DNA from: an uncultured virus (IMG/VR IMGVR_UViG_3300032177_003246)
Taxonomy: Duplodnaviria; Heunggongvirae; Uroviricota; Caudoviricetes
Virus record (IMG/VR): IMGVR_UViG_3300032177_003246
Length of the DNA stretch: 64,000 bases
Strand: one strand, 5' to 3'
The position numbers were made by a program, and so were the translations under genes. The notes below the pieces were generated by a model. That model ran no database searches and was not told where the DNA came from. It saw only the letters and a program-made list of their open reading frames with translations. Shown in pieces: positions 1-11,146 of the stretch; the first letter of the stretch is position 1; each line of letters begins with the position of its first letter.

Positions 1-291
1 CCCGGACGTGTCGACCCCCGCGATCGCCAGCGCGATCGGCAGATCGAGCGCCGAAGCCTGAAGCTTCGCACCCCCGGCGTCGACAGCGATCGTGACCTGA
101 CCTGCCGGCCACCGCACGTCCGCCGCCAGGAGCGCAGACCGCACACGCACCGAGATCTCCTTGGTCTGGACGGCGGTGACGCCCTCGACGCGGAACGCGG
201 ACAGCTTGGTCGCGTCGATCGTGCAGCGGATCGTAACAGCAACGGCATCGGTACCCAGCGGGCCCGCGAGCGTAAAGGAAGTGGTCTGCAT
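1..291 (-). CDS. ComM/YifB (Mg-chelatase-related) N-terminal domain protein, runs off window edge
   Basis: Manual translation from ATG at 291: MQTTSFTLAGPLGTDAVAVTIRC...FRVEGV...KEISVRVRSALLAADVRWPAGQVTIAV...LDLPIALAIAG, matching the ComM N-terminal pattern (ES.ERVRSAL..., DLPIAL). Not in the ORF track because it is partial. Confidence 0.7.
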   Translation of the reverse strand, partial: MQTTSFTLAGPLGTDAVAVTIRCTIDATKLSAFRVEGVTAVQTKEISVRVRSALLAADVRWPAGQVTIAVDAGGAKLQASALDLPIALAIAGVDTSG

Positions 292-305
292 GACTCGGAA
301 GATAT

Positions 306-372
306 CCACGTACGATGCCAGCGCGGCGGAAGGCTAACACCTGAATCTACCGTGGCGGGTACATTCGTACCT
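306..372 (-). promoter_or_regulatory. Palindromic box plus sigma54-like promoter for the ComM-like gene
   Basis: GGGTAcattcgTACCT at 357-372. On the minus strand TGGCATCGTACGTGG has its GG 42 nt from the TACCC half-site and 28 nt from the ATG; the -12 element is GG rather than GC. Confidence 0.6.
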
Positions 373-460
373 GGGCGGCGCGTTCACGTGGGTGTGCCTC
401 AAAAATGACACTGTTTGACGCCTTTTTAGGGAGACTCGGCTTTTCTGGGGAAACAAAAAC

Positions 461-625
461 CTGACTCCTCTGGCCTGGTGGGAGGGCGTCGAGGATGCGC
501 TCAAGCTCGTGGTCGGCGAGTCGGACGTCAACCCCAAGCTCGTGGGCAAGCTCGACGAGCTGATCTCGCTCATGAAGACCGAGAAGCTCGCGAAGAAGAA
601 GCCGGCCAAGGCCGCCGCGCGGTGA
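461..625 (+). pseudogene. Probable 3' gene remnant (..WWEGVEDALKLVVGESDVNPKLVGKLDELISLMKTEKLAKKKPAKAAAR*)
   Basis: Strong GC3 codon bias. There is an in-frame TGA at 416-418 and no ATG/GTG at the 5' end of the biased stretch. Confidence 0.35.
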
Positions 626-653
626 CTTCTCCTGGTGGCGATCCGAGGGCCCC

Positions 654-773
654 GGGTAGCCACGCACCTGTCTCTTCGGTGCAACGAAGGCGTGGCTTGG
701 GCGCGTCGGGTACAACGCTACCCAGGACGCGTGCACGCGTACTTGCACGCGTCGATGTCGGCACGCCGCGCGC
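654..773 (+). promoter_or_regulatory. Tandem palindromic boxes plus sigma54-like -24/-12 promoter
   Basis: GGGTAgccacgCACCT (654-669), GGGTAcaacgcTACCCAGG (708-726), GG-CACGCCGCGC-GC (760-773), ATG at 787. Confidence 0.7.
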
Positions 774-786
774 AATAGTCCATCCC

Positions 787-993
787 ATGCCCAACACAAA
801 CCCGCATCCCGACGATCGTTGTTCGGTCTGTGCCGGCGAGGGCGAGATCGAGACCTGCATGACGTGCGCGAACGTGGTCGACAACTGCGAGTGCGACTCG
901 GAGTCTGCGGCCGAGATGGAGGAGTGCTCGGAGTGCCACGGCACGGGTGACCCCGACGCCGAGGAAGACGACGACGCGGAGGAAGCCGCGTGA
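787..993 (+). CDS. Small acidic Zn-finger protein (CxxCxGxG, DnaJ-type repeats)
   Basis: CSVCAGEG...CMTC...CSECHGTG followed by an acidic tail; first gene after the promoter module. Confidence 0.6.
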   Translation: MPNTNPHPDDRCSVCAGEGEIETCMTCANVVDNCECDSESAAEMEECSECHGTGDPDAEEDDDAEEAA

Positions 994-3900
994 CCGCCCC
1001 CGCTCGCCCCAACGGCCTGCCCGCCCTCCGCGATCTGCCGATCACATTCATGCGGCGTGCTGCGTCGCCGGGATTCGAGAAGCTCGTCGGCAAGGAGACC
1101 GCGCGGGCCAAGCACGCGCCTCACGAGTACGTCAGCGACGATGGCCGCTGGGTCATTTGCTCGGTCCAGCTCAGTGGCCACGGGTCGACGAACAGCGGAC
1201 GCGTGCATTGGTACGTAACCTACAACGGCACCCTCTTCATGCTTCGCTGGGGCTCGGGCACGACGTACATGATTACCCGCGAGGACGCGATCGACGAGAT
1301 CCACCGCCAGATTGCGCGCGGCGTCTGCGGCGGCTTCAGGGTCCTCGCGCAGATGCGTACGGATGCCGAGGCCGCGCAGCGTGCTGCCGAGAAGCGTGCC
1401 GCGGACCTCGTGCGTGCGAAGGAGCTGCTCGGGCACATTTGCAGCGCGGAGCCCAGTCGGATGGTCGAGGCACTGGCTGCGCTGGTCGATCTCGACGCAC
1501 TCGGGCGCGCCGTGGCGCGTGCGGAAGGAGCCACGGCGTCGTGACGATTACCGACACCGATCGCACCCTCGCGGCCGAGCTGGGCTTGCTTCTCGTGAAG
1601 CTTCCTGAGAGCGCAGACGCGAGCGTGAGCGAGACGTGGGCGGTCAAGGTCGCGTACGACAAGCGCCCGATCGGCCGGCTTCAATTCACGGAGGCCGGCA
1701 GCCTCTACGCGACCAAGTCCACGACCGGCGACAGCACGATCGAGGAGACGGTCGCCGAGGCGCTGCGCTGGATTGCGCCGATCGCGCGCCACGCGCGTAC
1801 CGGGCAACACAACGGTGTCGAGATCGTGGTGCGCCGCTTTGGCTCGGCGTTCGAGCGCCCGCTCGCGGTGACCGAATGCGGCGGCAAGCCCACAGGCGCC
1901 GACTACAACCGCGTCGCTGCTAAAAGCGCCATCATCAACGGCGAGGCCAGCGAAATGTGTCCGGCGTGCAAGACCAAGCTCGAAGACAAGGGCATCCACG
2001 ACACGTCGAACTTGTCGGATCGATCGGCCAGCTCGACACCACGGCAGCGGAGCTTCATCCGGCAGCTCGTCGACGAGGCGGCGCGCTGCGGTCGGCCGTA
2101 CCTCCTCGATCTGCGAACGCTCGATCCGATGTCGAGTCGGGCAGCCTCCGCGCTCATCGACGCGCTCAAACGCCTCAAGACACGCAACTGGAAGGGGGAC
2201 TTGTGACAGCAGCCGCTCACGCATGGAGCAACGCCCTTGCCGAGGCCCTGATCGGCGGCGACGTCGACGGAATCCTCACCAACGAGCTGAAGAAGATGGA
2301 CACAGCCCAGAAAGAAGCGTTTTCGTGACCGCTTTCACTCCCAAGCACTATCCGCGCACCAAGCTGCCGAGCGGGCGCTTGCTTACCGACGCCCAGCAGC
2401 ACCAGTACGTCGTCCTGCGCACGGTCGGCGGGAATCTCGTCCAGGACAAAGACGGCTGGTGGCGCGACGTCGGCTACGGCATCGCCGAGGCCATCGGCCG
2501 TGAACGTGGCGCCGCGCAGGCGCCCGCTACCTTGGTGTTCGCTGTACCCCCCATCGCCAAGGAGATCGCGGGGCCGCGCTACGCGCGCGTCGGTCAGATC
2601 GTCAAGGAGCGTCCATGAGCGAGAGCAGCCTCAGCCCTGCGCGCGCCAAGGAAAAGGATGGCCGTCGTCTGCGCGCTGCCGGTAACGATCAAGCCGCGAT
2701 CGAAGCGTACGAAGAGGCCCGCGAGCTGTACGCGGAGACGGGCCTCCAGTACAGCCGCGACAGCGCCGTGGCCGATGACGTGATGAGCGCGATCAAGCGC
2801 TGTGACACGCTCGTCAGCAACATCAAGCATCCGAAAGCGAAGCGCGCTGCCGCGACGACAGCACGCCCCAACTGTCTGGCGTGCGACAAGCCGCTGCGCC
2901 GCTACAAGCATGACGGCAAGACGTTCAATGACGGCACGCCACAGGAGTGGGGCGACTACGGGGATCAGCGTTTTTGCGGCCTCGCCTGTGGATGGCGCTG
3001 GGCCTGTAAGCACGCCCCCATGCCCAAGATGAAATCGCGCAAATGACAAACTTCCTTGATCCAAGGCTGCCGGGACGTTTCTGGGAGCGGCGCGTCCCGT
3101 GTCCCATGAGCGGGTGCTGGCTGTGGATCGGATCTGTAAACAACAAAGAATACGCAACGTGCACGCCGATCAGATCGTCTGGAAGCACGACTGCCTACGC
3201 ACACCGACTTGCCTATCTGATCCTCGTAGGACCAGTACCGGCACCGCTTGAACTTGACCACAAATGTCGGACCACGGTCTGCGTCAATCCAGATCATTTG
3301 GAGCCCGTCACACACGCTGTGAACATACGCCGCGGGCGCTCCGCGCAACTCAACCTTGCCATCACGCACTGTCCTCGCGGGCACGCATATAACAAACAGA
3401 ACACCACCCTCTATCGAGGAAGACGCTTCTGCAAGGCGTGTTCGGCCATCGCAAAACGTGAATACAAAAAACGGGCGCGTGCAGGCACACCAAGTAAGAA
3501 GCAGCTGATCGCGACAATCGCGAGCCTGTGCGATCTCGTTCGCCAGCTTGTCGCACCGATCACGAACTCGGAGACCAAGGAGAAGTGGTGGGACACCACG
3601 TGACGTCGGAGACCTCCGACTACTTCGTCGGCTACTGCGATCTGCCCGATTGCACCCAACGTCCCTGCCTGAGCTGCGTCGCGGCGCAAGAGAAGCTCGA
3701 ACGCGCGGAGCGCCTGCGCGGCAAGCTCGTGACGACCTATCACCGTCACCACAACTACTGGCCGCAGGCGCGTTTCATCGACGCGGTGATCGCGGTGCTG
3801 GAGAACCATCCAGACCGTCCACCTTCCAACGCGCACCACGACTGCCCGAGCTGCGAACTGCTCAGCGTCTACACGCAGCATCACTATCGCCGCCCCGGCG

Positions 3901-5256
3901 ACAGCAGCACCTGGTGCTCCCTCGACTTGAACCGCGACTTCATCGACGCGTTCGAGGAACATCAGCGCGACGAGCGCGCGAGGGCCGCTCAATGAGCGAC
4001 ACGCCGATGACGGATCAAGATTTTCGCGAATTCGTGCTGCGCCATCGCGCGTACGGCTTCGGCCGCATGATGGACGCCATCTCGGAGCTGTGGCGGCAGA
4101 GCGATTCCAAGGGGGCGCTTTCCGTTGGAGACACCTACGCCATCCTGGAAACTAAAAAGCGGCGCTGCGCCAGCGACGGCCACGATCGACGCAAGGGCAA
4201 CAGCTACGACTGGTGCGATCGTTGTGGGGCACAACTTGATCCCGCGGTGACGCGACAGAAAGGCGCGCGATGAGCGACATCAAGCTCATGCCGGAAGTCA
4301 CCACGCTCTCGCACGAGGAGCTGAAGGCGTATGCGAAAAAACGCGCTGAGCGCATCGCGAGAGAAACACCTGGAACGCCCGAGGACGCGGCGTGGGATGA
4401 CCCCGAGGAGTGGCTGACCGATGCGGCCCAGCTAGCGCACGCCGTCGTCGCGCTGCTTCGTCCACGGAGCGTCACGTGCCAGACGTGTCGCGGACACAAG
4501 CAGCTCTGCGTCGACGACTACCTGCAACTAACGTCTCCCTGTCCGCGCTGTGGAGCCGTCGGCACAATCGAGGTAGAGCTGTGAAGGGATTCGATCCGTT
4601 CGGCGATCGCCCGATGTCACGGGACGAGGCAGAGGCTGTCACGTGCACGGCTGCGAGCGAGCGGACGTTCGAGGGCGACTCGTTCGATCGCGAGAAAGCG
4701 CGTGACCTCGTGCTTGAAGGGCGCCTGATCGCGTGACGGGGCTTTGCCCCAACTGCTCGTCGACGAAGCATGTGCGCTGCTGCTCGTGGTGCGGGAAGAC
4801 GCACAAGGCGGCACGCCGCGACATGGAGCACTGCTCCGCGAAGTGCGATCGCGACGCAGCCCGGGCAAATCAAATCTCGGATGCGATGGAGCGCGATCGA
4901 TTGGAGGAGACGTCGTGACGCTGAGCCGCCAGCAGATCGACGCCCTCCGCTACGCGAGCGGCCGTAGCCTGTACGCCAAGGACATCAACGAGGGCGACGG
5001 CAACCTGCGGCGCACGCTCCTCTCGCTGTTCAAGATCGGGCTGCTCGACTGGGATCCGCTCTACGGCCGCGCCGTGCTGACGCCCATCGGCAAGGACGCA
5101 CTCAAGATCGCGAGAGAGATCCAGCTCGCCCCGAAGAGCAAGATCGGCGTCCTCGACACGAACAAGCGCAAGGAGATCGACAAGCGCACGATTGCAGCGA
5201 AGCAGACGCTGATCCAGCTACTGAAAGACGCGAAAGCGAAGGCGAAAGCGTCGTGA
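990..5256 (+). other. Operon of overlapping phage-like hypothetical ORFs (990-1544, 1541-2206, 2203-2328, 2325-2618, 2615-3046, 3600-3995, 3992-4273, 4270-4584, 4581-4736, 4733-4918, 4915-5256)
   Basis: Unbroken chain of 4-nt GTGA/ATGA stop-start overlaps, GC3 bias, many CxxC pairs; no recognisable families. Confidence 0.7.
3043..3603 (+). CDS. HNH homing endonuclease (HNH_3-like) with C-terminal Cys/His domain
   Basis: SGCWLWIG...AHRLAY...LELDHKC...CVNPDHLEPVTHAVN...THCPRGH...RFCKAC; lower GC than its neighbours. Confidence 0.9.
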   Translation: MTNFLDPRLPGRFWERRVPCPMSGCWLWIGSVNNKEYATCTPIRSSGSTTAYAHRLAYLILVGPVPAPLELDHKCRTTVCVNPDHLEPVTHAVNIRRGRSAQLNLAITHCPRGHAYNKQNTTLYRGRRFCKACSAIAKREYKKRARAGTPSKKQLIATIASLCDLVRQLVAPITNSETKEKWWDTT

Positions 5257-5260
5257 CCCC

Positions 5261-5382
5261 GGGTACCCCCACACCCGTCTCTCACGCACCACGCCTTCCG
5301 TGGGGTGGCGGAGACGGGTAAACACGTACCCAGGATTTAACATCACGACCTTAGCGCGGCCGATCCTCGGCACGCGACGAGC
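5261..5382 (+). promoter_or_regulatory. Tandem palindromic boxes plus sigma54-like promoter
   Basis: GGGTAcccccaCACCCGTCTC (from 5261), GAGACGGGTAaacacgTACCCAGG (5311-5334), GG-CACGCGACGA-GC (5369-5382), ATG at 5396. Confidence 0.75.
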
Positions 5383-5395
5383 ATTGAAGACCAGC

Positions 5396-6113
5396 ATGCG
5401 TAAGACCGACAAACACCCCTGGCGCCCGGTGGCGAGGGGATCGATGGACGCGACGGCGCCCGGCGGGATGCGCGCGGTCTGGCGCGGTCGTCTCGGCTGG
5501 CACGTCTACGAGAACGACAAGCTCGTCAGCATGGGCGGCATCCGCAACGCGGACGGCTCGTACGTCTACACCGACGGCTTCCGCCTTGTGCCCGAGGGGC
5601 TGTCGTGAAGACTGTCGTGAACAACGTCGAGCAGCGCGTCCAGTCGATCATGGCGCCGTTCGCGCAGCCGTGGCGCTGGTTCTGCGACGGCGCGTGGATC
5701 GTGCTCGAACCGCCCCAGGGCCTCGTCGCCGCTGAGACGGTGCAGTACCTCCACCAGCACGCCGACACGCACACCGTCGAAGTCGTTTTTCGTGCGACGC
5801 CACATCCGGGCGTCTATCTCCGCTTCCAACTTCACTCCAACCCGCTTTCCCCCAACCCACGCTCTGCCAAAAAGGAATCCTCGCCATGCTGAAGCTCATC
5901 TCGATCATCTTCCACTACGTCGCCACCGCCTCCGATCCGAGCTGGTCGTGCCAGCCCACGTACCGCGAGCCCAACGTCGCCGGCACCTTCTATTTCCGCT
6001 GCTCGAAGATGACGCCCGACGGCGTCGAGCTGGTGCAGGTCGGCCGCTTCATCTCCGACGAGAAGCGGGACGCGGAGCTGGCCGCGGAGCTGGCGAAGGC
6101 GGCCCAGCAGTAA
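5396..6113 (+). other. Three small hypothetical ORFs (5396-5608, 5605-5892, 5886-6113)
   Basis: Overlapping ORFs directly downstream of the promoter module. Confidence 0.55.
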
Positions 6114-6174
6114 GCGGCATCCGCCACGTCAGATCCGCCGTAGCCCCCACGTCAAGCAACTCAAGGAGACCCTC

Positions 6175-7725
6175 GTGAGCGACACTTCCAAAAACTGGTT
6201 CGAGATCGACCGCAAGGGGCTCGCCAAGCTCATCGAGCGGCGCGGCAAGATCGCGCTCGTCAACGAGCTGATCGGCAACGCGCTCGACGCCGACGGCACG
6301 ACGCGTGTCGAGGTGGTGCTCGAACCCGAGCAGGGCGTGCCGCTCGCAACCGTCGTCGTGCGTGACGACTCGCCGGGCGGATTCTCCGACATCAGCCACG
6401 CCTGGACGGTGTTCGCCGAGTCGAGCCGCAAAGCGTACCCGACCAAGCGCGGACGCTTCAACCTCGGCGAGAAGCTCGTGCTCGCGCTCTGCACCGAGGC
6501 CTCGATCATCTCGACGAAGGCCGCGGTCATGTTCGATTCCCGCGGCCGATCGAGCATGCGTGCCCGTACCGAGCGCGGTACGGAGTTCCAGGGCATCGCG
6601 CGCATCACCCGCGCCGAGCTGGCCGAGATCAAGCAGGGCCTCAAGCGGATCATCGCGCCGGCCGGTGTGACTATCGTCGTCAACGGAGAGCCGCTGCCGG
6701 CACGCGTACCGCTGCGCTCGTTCGAGGCGACGCTGCCGACCGAGATCGCTGACGAAGAGGGCGTGCTCCGCAGGTCCACGCGCAAGACCACCATCCACGT
6801 CTACGCGCCGCTGACCGGCGAGCCCCCGATGCTCCACGAGCTGGGCATTCCCGTCGTCGAGACGGGCGACAAGTGGGACATCTCCATCGAGCAGAAGGTG
6901 GTGCTCAACATGGACCGCGACAACGTCACGCCCGGCTATCTGCGCGACGTGCGCACGCTGGTCGTGAACGCGATGCACGACGCGCTCGAAGAAAGCGACG
7001 CCAATGCTACGTTCGTGAACGAGGCGCTCGCGGACGAGCAAGCTTCGCCCGAAGCCGTGAAGACGGCCCTCGATCTGAAATTCACCGAGAAGCACGCGAT
7101 CCGCGATCCGAACGATCCCGAGGCGAACCACAACCTCCAGGCCCAAGGCTACACGCTCATCCACGGCAGCCAGCTCACGAAGGCGCAGTGGGAGAACGTG
7201 AAGAAGCTCCCCGAGGATGCGCGCCCGCGGCCGGCTGGCCAGATCGCGCCTACCAAGAAGGCGTTGTTCTCGCCCGACGGTGTCGATCGCTGGGTCCCGC
7301 GTGAGAAGTGGACGCTCGCGATGCGCTCCGTCGTCGCCTTCTCGGCGGACGTCTGCCGCGAGCTGACGGGATCCCCCGTCGAGGTGTCGATCTTGTCCGA
7401 CGTCACGCAGGGCTGGGCCGCGTGCTACGGCAGCCAGGGGCTCGTGTTCAACCTCGGGCGCCTCGGCAAGGACTTCTTCGAGGAGTGCCTGCACCCCAAG
7501 GATCCCGGACCCTCAGCGTCGCCCCCGGTCTTCGAGGCAACCGATCGCCTCAACAAGCTCCTCATCCACGAACTCGGGCATCACATCGAGCCGGATCACC
7601 TCGACGAGCGGTACCACGAGGCGCTCTGCGACCTCGGCGCGAAGCTGGCGCGACTCGCGCGCACGAAGCCTGGGCTGTTCCAGATCGTGCTGGGACCCCC
7701 GCACGTGATGAGCCCGAAGGACTGA
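6175..7725 (+). CDS. GHKL (HATPase_c/Hsp90-like) ATPase with C-terminal HExxH motif
   Basis: N-box LVNELIGNALDA, G1 DDSPGG, G2 KRGRFNLGEK, GT motif; C-terminal LLIHELGHH...H. Confidence 0.8.
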   Translation: MSDTSKNWFEIDRKGLAKLIERRGKIALVNELIGNALDADGTTRVEVVLEPEQGVPLATVVVRDDSPGGFSDISHAWTVFAESSRKAYPTKRGRFNLGEKLVLALCTEASIISTKAAVMFDSRGRSSMRARTERGTEFQGIARITRAELAEIKQGLKRIIAPAGVTIVVNGEPLPARVPLRSFEATLPTEIADEEGVLRRSTRKTTIHVYAPLTGEPPMLHELGIPVVETGDKWDISIEQKVVLNMDRDNVTPGYLRDVRTLVVNAMHDALEESDANATFVNEALADEQASPEAVKTALDLKFTEKHAIRDPNDPEANHNLQAQGYTLIHGSQLTKAQWENVKKLPEDARPRPAGQIAPTKKALFSPDGVDRWVPREKWTLAMRSVVAFSADVCRELTGSPVEVSILSDVTQGWAACYGSQGLVFNLGRLGKDFFEECLHPKDPGPSASPPVFEATDRLNKLLIHELGHHIEPDHLDERYHEALCDLGAKLARLARTKPGLFQIVLGPPHVMSPKD

Positions 7726-8204
7726 CCCCTGCTGAAAGGCAAGATCACCAGCACGCCCGCATCGCCCGGCCGGGACTACTACGTCAAGGTGGGCGCGGTC
7801 GATGTCGACGTCACCGCCGACGTTCGCGCGATCGTCGCGAGTGAAGTCGAACAGGCGTGCAAGGACTACGAGCGTGTGATCGCGGAGCTGCGCGCCGCGC
7901 ACGCGGACGTCGCCGGCCGCTACCAACAGATCCAGCGCATCGTCCTCGCGGGCGGCGCCGGCATGCCGACAGGCTGACGCATGTACACCGACGAACAGCT
8001 CCGCGAACAACTCCGCGCCCTGCGCGACAAGACGGGTCCCGACTTCCACTGCAAAGCGGACATCGGCGATCGCGCCCTGTGCGTTGAGCCTGGCGCCATG
8101 AATGTCGTGCCCCGCGCGCCCATGCACATGTTCAAGCTTCTGCTTCAATCCCCACGCTGGGCCGGTCGTGTATGCAGCCGCTGCAAGAAACTCTACGAGG
8201 CACT

Positions 8205-8780
8205 ATGAAGAAAATCGTCTCCCTCTTCGCTCGCGATCCGCAGAACCCGCAGATCCTCACCGACAGCTTCCATCCCGACGCCGCCTGGGTCGTCGCTGGA
8301 GAGGGCGTCGCCACCCGGAAGTGGGACGGCACCGCGGTGCTCGTGCGCGGCGGAAAGCTGTTTGCGCGCTACGACGTCAAGCGAGGCAGAGTCGCGCCGG
8401 TCGGCTTCGAGCCCGCGCAGGATCCGGATCCCAACACGGGCCATCACCCAGGCTGGGTCCCGGCCGAGCGCCCCGAGGACAAGTGGATCCAGGCCGCTGC
8501 GGCCGGCACGCTCCGGTCAACCGGGCAGCTCGATGACGGCACCTACGAAGCGTGCGGGCCCAAGATCAACGGCAACCCCGAGAAGCTCGACGAGCACCGG
8601 CTGATCCGTCACGGGCGCTTCGTGCTCGCCAACGTCCCGCGCGACAAGACCGGCCTCCTCGAATTCTTCCGTGCACACCCGGTCGAGGGCGTCGTGTGGT
8701 GGCGACGGGAAGGTGACGACACCTGTGACAAGGTCAAGATCACCGCCGAGGCGCTCGGTGTGGAGTGGCCCGCGCGATGA
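8205..8780 (+). CDS. RNA-ligase-like nucleotidyltransferase (DUF5565/RLIG1-like)
   Basis: Motif I VATRKWDGT, GTYEACGPKINGNP, late EGVVW...KVK motifs. Confidence 0.65.
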   Translation: MKKIVSLFARDPQNPQILTDSFHPDAAWVVAGEGVATRKWDGTAVLVRGGKLFARYDVKRGRVAPVGFEPAQDPDPNTGHHPGWVPAERPEDKWIQAAAAGTLRSTGQLDDGTYEACGPKINGNPEKLDEHRLIRHGRFVLANVPRDKTGLLEFFRAHPVEGVVWWRREGDDTCDKVKITAEALGVEWPAR

Positions 8781-10447
8781 TGATCCTCGCGTTCGCAAAC
8801 CCCGATCTACCGCGCACCAACGAGACGCTGCTCTGCCGTTGCGAGCGTACCTATCGGGTCCTCTCCACAAGGCGTGGCGAAGGGCACGGGACGGCAGAGC
8901 TTATGCCGCTCCAAGACACCGCGGCCGTGCCCGCGCACGCTGAGATCTCGCACTGCCCAACGTGCGAGACACTCGCTGCCAGCGGCACGATCGCTGGACA
9001 CGAGGCCGCGATCGTGCCTGTCCTCATTCGACCGCCCCCGACGCGCAAGCGCTTGCACTCGATCATCGATCAGGCGCTCGATCGACTCAAAGGCGGCCCC
9101 GAAACATCCGCATGGGTCGCCGAGATCCAAAAGGAGCTGCGGCTGTGATCGTCAAGACCGGCAAAGTCGACGGCAAGCGGATCGAGATCCACGAGGATTC
9201 GCACGGCCGTCAGCGGTTCTGGGCAAAGGTCGACGGCATGGCGCTGTTCCAGCGCGGGCGCATCCGCCTCCGTACGTTCACGACAGCCGACACGGCGTGG
9301 AAGGCCGCGCTGGAGGAGGTGCGCGCGTGACGCCGGCCGCCGAACAGCGGGCTGTCGAGATCACGCTGGCGTATTTCGAGGCGCTCTTGCGCGCCGGAGA
9401 CTTCGCTGGTGTTGACAAGCTGCTCGAATGCAGCCCCGTCGACGACGACACGCCGGCCGAGATCGTCGCCGTCCTCTCCATCACCTTCCACGGCAAGGAT
9501 CAGCTGCGCGAGCGTGCCGCGTTCGTCGATCGAGCCCGCGCATTCTTGACCGACAAGCTCGGCGCCGAGCGTGCTCGCACGCTCATGGAGAACCGCACAT
9601 GACCTACAAAGTTCCCGTCGATCAAGAGCACCTCACCTGGCTCATGGGGCAGATCGAGGAGCGCTGCAAGAACAAGGAGGCCGCGAACTTTGCGCGGATC
9701 CACGGACGCTTCGATCTGGAGGTCGTCATCTCCGTCGCGCCCGAAGACAAGTACGCAATCACCGACGAATTTCTCGTCGACGTGAAGCGGGCCCTGCGCG
9801 AGCGCACCGGCCTTCTGGCCCCCGTGATCTACCTCGAAGGCTACGAGCCGCCGAGCGTTCGCGAATACGACCCCTACTACTAGAAAGCGCCCCAACGCGA
9901 TGATGGATCCCAAACAGATCAAGGCCGGCGCGCTCATCGAGCTGCGTGACGAAGAGACGCAGGCGTGGCTTCCCCTGACGATCGTCAGCGTGACGGGTGC
10001 TAACGTCGAGTGCCGGACGCTGGCCGACGAGCCGATCTTGACGACGGTGTCTGCGCTCGTCACCGACGCGCGACTGCGCCCCCGTGACGGTTCGTGTGTC
10101 GACTGCGGCTACGAGGCGCATGACGGCCCGTGCACCGAGCGCGTCTGCTCGGAGTGCGGTGTCGAAGTGTCGTCACGGTGCTCGCGGCATCCGTACCAGG
10201 CCGTGAACGTCTACCGTCGCCTGCGCTACCTCGCGGAAGTCGTTCACGACAAGCCCTTCCCCACACGCGACACGGCCGAGGCACTGCGACGGGATCTCCT
10301 CACGCAGATGCAGACCCTGCGCAATGCCGAGCAGCCGCGGCAAAGCCGCGTGATGATCACCGTCAGCGATCGTGCCGACATTCTGTCCGCGATCGAAAAC
10401 GCGGTGGCCCTGATCGAGTCACTACCGAACGAGAAACGACGGCGCGT

Positions 10448-11146
10448 ATGAATCCCCAAAGAAAGAGCCTCATGACCGACTTCAGCTCGCGCAGCGCTCG
10501 CATGCCCCCGCGTCATCACAAGCGGAACTACACGATCAGCCAACACGCGATCGACCGCTTTCGCGAACGGGTGGACGAGCAGTTTCGTCACCGCAACGAT
10601 GACGACCTCGGCAACTTGCTCGACGATCGCGTGCGCCACGCGGAGACGAACTATCAGGTGCGCGATCCCCGCGCTCCTGAGGAGATCACCACGTTGCGCT
10701 CCGTGGCCTGCAAGCACGCGACGTATTGGGCGGTGATTCGCGAGCAGACCGTGGTCACCGTGCTGGACGAAGAAATGGCTCGGAACAACTTCCAGGGCCA
10801 GTGGGCGGTCGTGCTGAACACGCCATTTGCGGCACTGCGCGATCTGAAGCTGCCGGTTGCGGTGCCCGCGCCAAAGCCTGCACCCTCACCTGCACCTGCG
10901 GCGGCGCCAGCAGCCCCAGCGCCGGATATGCTCGCGGAAGCGGGTGTTGCCTACGCGCGGGCACGAAAACACAAGCACGCGTGCACGGAGACGATCGCGA
11001 GGCTCAAGGCCGAGCTGGAGCAAACGGTCGCGAGGCTCAAGACCGAGCTGGAGCGCGCCGACGTCGAGCTTCGCGAGGCGACACTCGGCGTGGAGGAGGC
11101 GAGCCGCCAGCTGGACGAGCTGGCCGGAGGAGAAAATCTTCCATGA
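10448..11146 (+). CDS. Hypothetical protein: N-terminal HAxxRxxER (RelE/DUF4258-like) domain plus coiled coil
   Basis: ISQHAIDRFRERV...VVTVL, Pro/Ala linker, heptad C-terminus. Confidence 0.45.
   Translation: MNPQRKSLMTDFSSRSARMPPRHHKRNYTISQHAIDRFRERVDEQFRHRNDDDLGNLLDDRVRHAETNYQVRDPRAPEEITTLRSVACKHATYWAVIREQTVVTVLDEEMARNNFQGQWAVVLNTPFAALRDLKLPVAVPAPKPAPSPAPAAAPAAPAPDMLAEAGVAYARARKHKHACTETIARLKAELEQTVARLKTELERADVELREATLGVEEASRQLDELAGGENLP

Noticed and set aside
405..464. Possible stop-codon recoding suggested by in-frame TGA near 416-464
   Set aside because: TGA is used as the normal stop throughout the window (ATGA/GTGA overlaps); a promoter region or gene remnant explains it better.
6049..7494. 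Long antisense or alternative-frame ORFs (e.g. 6049-7494, 22006-23322, 37836-39497, 45036-46736, 45721-47535)
   Set aside because: They are shadows of real genes caused by high GC3 and show no protein motifs.
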